Origin: Camelus dromedarius
Taxonomy: Eukaryota
NCBI RefSeq assembly: GCF_036321535.1
Contig: NC_087437.1
Span: 44,952,001-45,012,000 of the forward strand
Length of the DNA stretch: 60,000 nucleotides
Reading direction: 5' to 3'
How positions within the stretch are numbered: position 1 is the stretch's first letter; every line of letters begins with the position of its first letter. A program made the position numbers and the translations under genes. Below, in pieces: positions 50,339-60,000 of the stretch. Below the pieces are notes generated by a model that was given only the letters and a program-made list of their open reading frames with translations, ran no database searches and was not told where the DNA came from.

Positions 50339-53300
50339 TTACCCCAATCTGCAAAAATTAGAGGCACCAGGGTCTAAAGGAGAATTTCACCTATCAAAAC
50401 TAAGCAGATTGGAGTGTTGTATTAAATATATTTAAAAATTTGAGAGATACATGAGGATGTTGCAGTCATAAAATTCAACGAAGATGTGTTTCCATTAGAA
50501 ACACGGCAGCAGCTTAGATTTGAATATTATCACTCTTTGAAAAAAAAGAAAGAAAAATAGAAAGCACGCATAAATTATATGTTTATTTAAACTTGAAGAA
50601 AACTGACAAGCTCCAAATGGCACATAAGTGAACAAAGTCAGAGGCTGGCAGGAAGCCCATACAGGAAATTGAAACAATGCTGTGAACCAAGCGGGGATTG
50701 CAAAGGGGTCTAACCGGCAGAAGGTCTCAGAAATCTCCGGAAAGTATTTACACTCAAAGAGTAGGAAGGCCTTGCCTCAGAGGTAAGTGCTGTGAGCCAC
50801 GCTGAGATGGAAAAGAATGTAAGCCCTCGGGGGACGAATTGAGAGTAGGTTTGAAAAGTGTTCACAGGACTCAGAGGAGGTAAAGCTCAGAAAACCTCAG
50901 AAAAAATATGACAAGATGTGGGTCACTTATTGATGGCAGCCGTGAGAAAATCAGTAAAGAATGGGGCTGGAGGCTAAGGCCTGAACCAAGATGGGTTCTG
51001 AGAATCAGAGTGTATGCTCAGTGGTCCCAATTATCGAAAGAAAACAGTCTACTGATGGAGAATGACCAGGATCCCTTGACTCTGAAATCTGAAAAACCAC
51101 TAGCACCCCTTCATTCTTCTCTCCAGAAGCCATGTGCTAAGATTTCAAGAAAATCTAACTCAAACATTTATGAGAATAAAAAAGAGTATGCATACAAAGG
51201 CTAAGTCAAAAGGGGGGAAAAAAAGAGTACAACCTTCCTACGGATGATTAAAATTCTGTAGAAAACAATCTTTGTTCTCTATGGATTGATCAATTTATAA
51301 TTCTCTTTGCCTTGTCCCAAGACCAACATCATGAAAGGAAAAAGGAAGACAGAAGAGAGACTGAAAGATACCTCCCTCCCTTTTCTGCTCCATGTGACTG
51401 GAGCCAAAAGTCTATGTGCCGAAACTGAAGTATTTTTAAAGTTTGAAACCTAGTCTCAATTCAAATGAGATTGTTTTTAATAAAAATGAAAGAAAAGGCA
51501 GGAAATCACACAGAGATATCTTTCAGGAAGCCCCTTGCTCAGCTGTTGATGGGGATTTTACAGAGCACAGTGGACAGCAGTAAGTGGGGAAATGAAAGCT
51601 TTATTTTAATCAAACCAATCACGTGATCACATTTGTCACAACATCAGTGTGGGTTTTAACATTATCCTCATTTTATGGTCAAGAAATCTTGGGCTCAGAA
51701 AAGTTAAGTTTGATTATAAGTGAATTATCTGATAAACACACACTGAAATCTTCCAAGTTCAAATGCTGTGCTATTTTACTGTCCCTGTGCTTTGAAAAGT
51801 ATTTACAACAGACATGGCCCATTCATATTATCCATTAACCTTACCTATTAATATCTACCTTACCTATTAACATAATACATTTTACCATATCCTGACATTT
51901 CAAAGTCCTCTCCATATTTCAATATTGATTTTAAGTACAAGCTTTTCCTGAAACCGACAAGCCCCCAGTAAGAACTGAACTCCCCTCACAGAACTGATCT
52001 CTTCCTCTCCCACAACCTCACAGAATACTAAGATTCTTGTTCTAGCCTACTTGTGTGACTCTATGTCTGCTCTGTTCCCACAGATACTGTTTCTTAGGAA
52101 TAATGGCTCAGTCTAATTCTTCTTTATATTACTTACAGTACATAGTACAGTTAGCTATTTTAGATTGCTTCTCGTATGTTCTTTTCCATCTTCCTTTAGT
52201 ATCTGAGGACTACTGATATGAAAATTTTAAAGAGACCAAGAATTTCAAAAATGAAATGGCTCTCAAAAGTTAGAGATCCATAGAGATCCACCCAGAATGG
52301 AACTTGAAATACCACAATATCAAGAAAGAAAATAAAGCCTCAGAAAAGACTGTGGAAAACAAACAAGCAAACAAACAAGCTTTACTCCTTACTATTCATT
52401 AAAGCAAAGGGTGTTTCTGTGATCTACATAAAGTGCGATCAAATGTTCTCCTTTGGAATAGATTGAAAATATCCCAGTGCTCTTTCTTATGAAGTCTCTG
52501 GGTTTCATCAAGACAATGTGTTTTCTCAAGATCCTCTGCATCTGCATTTTCCTAGTTATTTTTTTTATTCCCTTGGGATATACAGTACAGAATATGTTTA
52601 ACATTTCCTTTCAAATTAATTCATCCCCCTTGAAAATGTAAAGGTATGGTTGACATTAAAAACTCTTATTCTTTGATTGTTTATAATACGGAAAGAACAG
52701 AAATTGCATAGTATGTAGATTTGTATCTTACACTGATTACCGTTTACATAATTTTAAGATCAAGAAAATGATTTTACAGGGTCCTCAGATTGCCAAGCAC
52801 ACAATTCAAACCATTGTCGTGATTTCTACTTTGTTGATGACAGCAACATTCATGGCATGCAGTGCTTTTCATTGTGTAATACTGTTTATGAAGAACTATA
52901 GTTATTTCAATTTCCAGGGAAATCAAACTATTTTCCATCCCAAACCTTAGCTTCCAACATACTGTGTGTGACATACACTCCCAATTCCAGAGTAAATAAT
53001 CACTTGTCAATCATCTCCCAATTTATTCTTTTAAAAGGCTTACACGGAAAATTATGCACAACAAGTTGATGAATCAGTTGGCTCATCTCTAGGAGATGGC
53101 AGCCTGGGAAGTTGAATTGGCTTTGCTTTCTTGGGGTGGCATGTCCTTTCCATCCCTCCCTCCATTATCTCAGAATTACATGGCCTATGAGAGCTTATCC
53201 AGAGGAAACTCAATCACTTAGCTCTTAGTTCATCCCTGACTATAGTCAATTTCCTTTTAGTTCATTGCTGGTCCAAGATTGTGAAAAACTACAGAAATTT

Positions 53301-54357
53301 GAATGACTGGATCAGTAAGACAAACTTGTTACTAAATGGATTTGGAATTATTGGTATCATATTACTGATAAAAAATTATTATTATATTATGGCTAAAAAT
53401 TCTTTTAAATGGAAAAGAAAAAGATGTGATAATGAGGAAGAATGAGTTAATAACTCCAAAAAATCATACTGAATTGATCATATCCAGTCATTATCCTCTC
53501 AAGGACTAGCTCACTTGGAGTAACATTTACAGTGTTACACAGGACTATATCCTTGGGGAAAACTCTCAGTTTTTTCTCCAATCCACAGTCACTTGTATAT
53601 TATATAAATCTTTATATACAGTAATAGTCAGGAACCCAAGTAATCTATCATACTTGATCAAGACAAGCATAAATCATTTATTCATGATTTACTATTCCTA
53701 ACTTGATTCATTGATTCATCTCCAGACAAGACAAGGTCAGAAAAAAAAAAAAAAGATTAAGCTTCTTGCCCTTAGGAGAGAACAGCTTAACCAACAAATT
53801 CATCTTTACATCTGACCTCATGAATCTTGACACTGGGAATACTGCAAGAATAGAAATAGCCCTTATAGACGGCCCTTCAAATGGAACTGTGTAAGAGTGA
53901 AAACAGTGGGCAGAACAGCACATGTGTTGGGTACAGCCCAGCTATCTCAGTCCTCACCATGAGAGTCTGATTCACCTAACACGCATTTACCTATTTTTAT
54001 CAGTATTTACTTTCAATATTTTTTTTACTTTAATTCATGTTTTTTCCCCCCAGTTTTACTTCTCTCCAAGTCCCTTTCTGTGGCACCCTAAATTTTCATA
54101 TATACATTTATCTCATGTAATGGTGTTCAGTTAGGCAAGCTGAGGGGTAGGAAAATGGTAGCATCTTTCAAATCTCTCAAGATGATGCCCCAACAACCTA
54201 TAACCAGATAGGCTGCAATAATAGGCTTCTAACCCTGACTTCCAGGCTCAGGGCATTCTAGGCTTTCTTAATTCTTCCTCTGGTTCTCTGCCCCCTCACC
54301 TCACCACCTTGTACATATTTCGGACACACATAAATATAAACAGCAGACTTGTACACT

Positions 54358-54690
54358 AGCTTAGTCCACTCAGTCTGCCCTAATGAAACCATGAACTGCA
54401 TGGCTTGAAAAATAAATACTTATTTCTCACAGTTCTGGGATGGCTGGGAAGTCCAAGATCAAAGGGTCCACAGGTGAGAGACCATTTCCTGGCTGATAGA
54501 TTACCACCTTCTAACTGAGTCCTCACATAGTAGAGAGAGGTAGGGAGATTTGGACTCTCTTCTTATAAGGACACTAATCCTCTCCTGGCCATACCTTCAT
54601 TACATCCCAAAGGCCTTACTTCCAAATACCATCACACTGGGGGTTAGAGTATCAACATACCATTTTGAGGACATAATTCAATCTGTAGCA
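54358..54690 (-). mobile_element. MLT1A/B-type MaLR LTR
   Basis: ttatttctcacagttctgggatggctgggaagtccaagatcaa…cttcttataaggacactaatcc…acataattcaatctgtagca. Confidence 0.85.
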
Positions 54691-54879
54691 TATACTCAAG
54701 GTATGGTGCACGTGTTGCATTAAATACAGGAAATATTCTTAAAAATAAATCTGAGAATTATTTTCCTGTTAAAAAAAACACCTGATGGCTGAATTGACTC
54801 TTCATAGAGTTCTTGATAATTTCCAAATTTCTTAGCATAAAATTACAAAGATACTTTCACTACCTGACCCCACTTTCCT

Positions 54880-55320
54880 TGGTTACTACACTCCCCGGCC
54901 CCTTGGACTCTGCCCTCTAGCCACAATGTGTTTTATTATCACTCCACTTGAAATATCTGATTCTTTTAATGCCTTTGCACATACTGTTCCCTCTGCCTGA
55001 GATGCCCTTCATCCCCTTTGCTTTGTGAAAACTCTTATTCATCCTTCAAGATCAAGTCCTACTGAAGTCCTTCCAGACCTCTCCTTTCAGTAAATTACTC
55101 CATTTTCTACTTCCATCTCATTTTGTTTCTACTTCTGTGACAACACCAAAACCATGAGCTTTTTAATTACCATTTATGTGTCTATCCCTCTTGTTAGACT
55201 GTGACACCCTTCAGGATTGGGTAATTTATAACAAAACATTTAGTTTGGCAAACCCAAACCAGTGCCTGATCCACAGTAACACTCAGTATATAAAGAATGA
55301 ATGAATGAATGAATGAATCA
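54880..55320 (+). mobile_element. L2 3' end with (TGAA)n tail
   Basis: gcctttgcacatactgttccctctgcctgagatgccctt…cagtgcctgatccacagtaacactcagtata…gaatgaatgaatgaatgaatgaat. Confidence 0.85.
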
Positions 55321-55534
55321 TTAACTTAGGCCACACAGGGAAGTACAAGATCAGTTGTTTCTCAGGACCCCTTAGCCTAGGAAAACTTGCTGCTTGTTTC
55401 ACACAGTCCCCTCTTTCTAGTCTGTTCAGTTTTGCCTACGGTCACACTGCTTCAGCCTTGCAAACCCGCTTCTTAGTTATGTCCTTCCTTGCTGCCTGCT
55501 GCAAGAGAGCTTGATGCTTGAATCCCTACATCAG

Positions 55535-55720
55535 CAGCATTTCCCAAATTCGCTTAACTATAAAGCTCAAGGAAGGTACTTATTAAAAATACAAATTCTT
55601 GAGCCCAATCTCAGATCCACTAAATAGAAACTGCAGGGATTGGGCTCAGTCACCTGCACTTTAAAACTTGTTCCCCAGATGATTCTGAAGAAGATAACCG
55701 TGAATACCATGAACCTCTGT
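55535..55720 (+). mobile_element. MER5-type hAT element
   Basis: cagcatttcccaaatt…ttaaaaatacaaattcttgagccc…cacctgcactttaaaacttgttccccagatgattctga. Confidence 0.7.
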
Positions 55721-56059
55721 CTTACAGGGGCAACTGCTTCCTCCAGTGGCCATTTGCCTTAGTTTGGGACTTCATTAAGCAATCATTCAGTCCCCAGACC
55801 TAGAAAGAAGCCGTTCATGTGAATGTCTTTCCTGAAGCTGATTCTGTGGGCTTTTGGAAAACCGAACACCCCTTTAATGGACTCCAGAAATCTCCATACT
55901 ACCGCCTCCATGCACAATTCCCTGCAGAAGCTCCATCCTGCTGACATTACTCCTAGGTGCTGAGTTTCCACTTCACAGGTGCAGCCACAGCAGCTGCTGC
56001 TAAATCCCAGACCAGCTCTGGGTACTGGCAGTCTGCAAACGGACTCTGATGAGCTGTGA

Positions 56060-56245
56060 CAGCTCACGCTCCGTGGGCTTACCTTTAATCAGACTAGACA
56101 CAGTGGATGTATGGATTCCCTGTAGAAAATAGTCTGAGTGTCACCCAGGGTTAAAAATGAGAATGAAAACTAAGTACTTAGCATAAAGCCTGGCGCAGGG
56201 TAAGCACGCAATAAATATTCACACTTACTGATATTTCTGTTGTTG
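56060..56245 (+). mobile_element. MIR SINE remnant
   Basis: taagtacttagcataaagcctggcgcagggtaagcacgcaataaatatt. Confidence 0.6.
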
Positions 56246-56545
56246 GATGGACTGCATATGCTCTCCTTCCTCTGATCCCAACCCAAGAAGACTTATCCTA
56301 TATAGATCTTTTGATTTAATTATTGGAAATATGAAAAATCCTAATTCTCTAAACTAGTCAGGCTACTTAAATTAGTTTTGATTAATCACAATATTATGGA
56401 AGTATAGATATTTCCCATAGACTGTCAAAAAACTCAAGGTGCTTAATTCACATCATGCAGATTGCAGAGGCCATAAATTTGCTTTGTTGATCCAACAGGC
56501 ATATTAGTGCTTTAAGAACACTTATGAATACTAAATATTACTGCT

Positions 56546-57052
56546 TGTATTAGTTAACTGTTACTGTGTAAGCAAAACTTAGAAGCTTAAAATAAGCATC
56601 ATTTATTATTTCTCATGAATTTGTGAGTTGGCTAAGTGGTCTGATTTGGGCTGAACTTGGCAGCTCTAGGCGGGGCTCACTCATATGCTTGTGGTCAGGT
56701 GGAGAGGAGCTGGGGGTTAGTCTAGCTGGTCTAAGGCAGCCTCAGCTGGGATGTCTCATCTCAAGGACAAGGAGGCTCCATCAAGTAGTCACAACGGTTC
56801 AAGGGAGAAAAAATATGTGCAATGTCTCTTGACCTAGGTTTGGACAAGATTAACGACTCAACCTAAATGACTAGTGATATGACTAAAATGAATCATGCAG
56901 TGTCATTTTTGCCATATTTTATAGGTCAACACAAATGATAGGGTCAGCCTAGATCTAAGGCTTCATCTTTTGATAAAAGTTGCTGAAAAATGTTATTTCG
57001 AAGGATATGCAGAGATTATTATTGGGGATAGTCAATGCAGTCAGTCCACCAC
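56546..57052 (-). mobile_element. MLT1-type MaLR LTR
   Basis: tgtattagttaactgttactgtgtaagcaaaacttagaagcttaaaataagcatcatttattatttctcatgaatttgtgagttggct…cagtcagtccaccac. Confidence 0.75.
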
Positions 57053-57519
57053 CTTAGTCGTTGTGGCAAAATATCTCATTTTTGGAGTTTTCTAAAATTT
57101 TATACAAAAAAAAAGGCAGATTCTGAGCTCAGATCATGCTCTTGACACCATTATCACCCAGATTGTTGTAAGAAGTTGCAAAACTACCAGTCATCTGTCC
57201 AACTTTAAAACAGTGTTAGCATAAGTCATATATATATATGTGTGTGTATATGTATGTGCCTAGCAGGGTGCCTGCCAAAAGGTAAATATATAGATATTTT
57301 GAGCTAAGTTAAAATAATGGATTGTGTCCATTTGATTTCTTCATAATATTTATTAACAGGAATCTCAATTTTTTTTTTTACTTTCTTCCATGTATCACCA
57401 ATCATACTGGTTTTTCAAAATATTAATATTACTTGGTAATCTTCTTTAGTAACATTCTTCCTTCTGAAACATGTTTTCCAATTCATTCTTTCAACCTGAC
57501 TAAGGAGTAAACATCTTTG

Positions 57520-58085
57520 TTGCTATTTTTGCTTTAATGGGACTTAGTATTAAGAAACAGAAACTATATATGGTCAATTTAAACAAAAAAAGAAATGTAT
57601 TTAAGGACTATTGAAGCACTCATAGTATTAACAAAAGTATTGGGGAACCAAAGTCAGAAAATGAAGACAGAAATACACAGTGAAATCACATCAGAAGCAG
57701 TCTCTAATAGCTCTAACCAAACTAACAGGCTCTTGACTGTACCATGGGTGCTCGTTGAATAGTTTTTTTTTTAATTGAGGCAACATTGCTTTATAACATT
57801 GTATGTTTCATGTACAACTTTATACTTCTACTGCTAAGTACCCTAGAGCATGAATAATTTTAAACTTTCCTCTGAACCTCATATCAAACCCTCAAGATTC
57901 AAAATCCTATGCTAGAGCATCTGATGCACTGAGCCTGGGTCACGCAGTCCCACCACAACTACTGGAGAACTCTACAATCGTTTCCCCTCTTCTGACTTCC
58001 ATTGTGGAAAGCAGGGTCTTGCCATTAAACTTGCTTGGGGTCCATATCAAATAAGAAGGACATTTGGATGCTGGGCAGACTAAAA
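57520..58085 (-). mobile_element. Old MLT1-type LTR containing a ~90-bp L1 3'-end insertion (57763-57850, - strand)
   Basis: gagcatctgatgcactgagcctgggtcacg…ggatgctgggcagac. Insert ttttttttttaattgaggcaacattgctttataacattgt is flanked by TSD tgaata(g/a)tttt (57756-57766; 57851-57861). Confidence 0.6.
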
Positions 58086-58634
58086 TAAATGCTCACTGGA
58101 ATATGCTCCTTTAGTTGCTCAATATCCACAATACTCCTCTTCTCACAATTATTTCAAAAAAGAATTCTAGACTCTAATGTAAGACTCCTTTGTCTTATAT
58201 ATACTCACAGCCATAGGGAACTACCCAATAGTTTATCTCTAATTAATATCCTTTTTTTCTCTCCATCTATTGTGATTCTCATCTCAATGTTCTGAAAACT
58301 ATGGAGAAAAAAAAAACAAAACTGTGACCATCAGCCTCCTATAGGTTTAGGTATTCTGTTAGTTCACCGGTGGTAGTCAATAATTTCCAAATGGTTTGGA
58401 TGTTTCTTATTTCTCAGTACATTTCCTTTGAAAATGGTTACCGATCTCTAAGGAAGGATAGGAAAAATATTCACCAAGCATATATTTGATGTGATTTCAG
58501 ACTATTTTCCAAGAGTCTGGCTTCCTGTTAGTGTAAAAGACTTTGGGCTTCAGATACGAGAATTGGGATGAACGGCTACAACAGTCTAACACTGTGGTTC
58601 TAGTCAGGCTTCTCGCATGAAGCTTTTTTAAACT

Positions 58635-59078
58635 GCTGTTTACAAAAATAGCCTTCCTCTTCTCCCCTGGACCACAGCAAGGTTACGGTTCCAGCTTTCC
58701 CTGCAACTGCATGTGGCTACGTGACTGAATTCTAAGCCAACTGAATGTTATCTTAAATGATGTCCGCCACTCGTAGGTCTGGCCCATAAAAACTCTCACA
58801 TGGACACCTTCATATTCTTTTCCCTTCCAGAGTAACCCAGGCTCCCCCATGGAAACTGCATGTTGAGGCTGGCAGGGGGACCATCAGCCTGGATCACTGA
58901 ATGGTTTTATGGTACCCATGTTCTCCCTTCAGTCTCCAGCTTGGAACCACTTTGAATTGTTATTTGAGAAAAAAAAAATTTCAAGGTGTTGAGCTGTTAT
59001 ATATTTGAGTATATGTTTGAGGGGTGTGTATGTGTGTGTTTGGTACATTTTTCACAGTCTGACCTACCCTAAATATAA
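58635..59078 (+). mobile_element. MLT1 (H/I/J-like) MaLR LTR
   Basis: ccagctttccctgcaactgcatgtggctacgtgactgaattctaagccaactgaatg…ggcccataaaaactctc…gacctaccctaaatataa. Confidence 0.7.
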
Positions 59079-60000
59079 ACTTTAGTGTACTGTGCATGTA
59101 TTGTGATTCTATGAAACTCCATAACCAATTAGCTACCATCAAAAATCTCAGACCATTTTAATTATCACAATTACTTTCTTCATCTCACTGCAACCATGAC
59201 CACTTTGCCCCTGATTCCTACCAGGAAACTCATTTCAACTGCATCTTCTCCCACTAGAGTAAAGTGCTTGTTAAAAAAAAAAAAAAAAGGCAATAAACAG
59301 CTATTAAAGCACTTTTCAAAGCTTTTGGCATGTACCTCATTGCCTTTTCTGGGCCTTCATGGGGAATATAGTAAAAGAGTAGATCACAAATGATAAATAT
59401 TCTCTAGTATTTCTAACCACTAAATCTTAGAATTCCATTATACCAAGACAAATACCTTATTCCAACTTCATTTGGTATATATTATTGTTGACTTTGGGTT
59501 TTGGTCAACAAACTGTATGATCAAATATTTCCAGCTGTTAGAACTAGCATAATTATTCAGGATATTATATGTCTTAACTTGCCTACAAATTAAATAGATA
59601 AAAATTAAAAATCTAGAAATGATAAAATATAAGGGATAGGGAATGAAGATAATTTTTTTTAAAGAAATAACTTCAGGTGAGGGAGTTGCAGCATTTACAA
59701 GCAAGGAGAAACAGTCAAAACCAAGGGAAGAAGGACCGATTTAAATGGTAAGGAGGTACTGTGGGTTTGGGGCTCAGGATACACAATGTCCTCTGAATCT
59801 TTCAATACGGGCCTAATACCGGCTCTTAGCCTCATGCCCAATTCTCTTCAAAGCTCTAACTTTCCCAGAAGAGATCTGGTGATTAAACTGAATTCAATAA
59901 GTGTTATAATTGAGCAGACTAAGATATAAATTTTGTGTTTGATTCTTGGCTACCAAGGCTACAACTATCGCTCTAACGTGATAACAGAAAATACAGGGAT

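Noticed and set aside
53601..53618. Inverted repeat tatataaa-tc-tttatata
   Set aside because: Pure AT low complexity; expected by chance.
1..60000. CRISPR arrays, operons, defence or other prokaryote-type systems; tRNA/rRNA/snRNA genes; processed pseudogenes
   Set aside because: The sequence is mammalian intron/UTR/intergenic DNA. No regularly spaced repeats, structured RNA genes or retrocopied mRNA were recognised.

Overview
This is mammalian genomic DNA, not microbial. It is AT-rich and dense in LINE-1, LTR, L2 and MIR relics. I recognised no Alu, Bov-tA, PRE-1 or CHR-type SINEs, and the L1 3' ends look camelid (alpaca/camel-like), which is an inference from memory of repeat families. One protein-coding exon is recognisable: the terminal coding exon of NAALADL2 on the + strand (27203-27401, ...NILYHLDGKTSQFSILLEAWEHCKSLASNETLQEAVSEVLNSISAAQLYFKAGLDVFESVLVGKN*). 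So 1-27202 is the end of the last intron, about 27.4-34.6 kb is a repeat-poor candidate 3' UTR with several poly(A) signals, and the rest is downstream intergenic sequence with deeply nested transposons. No supplied ORF looks like a real gene. I found no convincing novel biological system. The best second-look items are a cluster of three micro-inversions plus a twin-priming inversion in the first 6 kb, a possible ancient Harbinger-type MITE relic in the 3' UTR, atypical L1 insertions (ORF1-only or 3'-truncated yet TSD-flanked), a G16 tract fused to an AATAAA, and an ETS/AP-1 + SOX intronic enhancer candidate. Repeat family names and most repeat boundaries are by eye and approximate.
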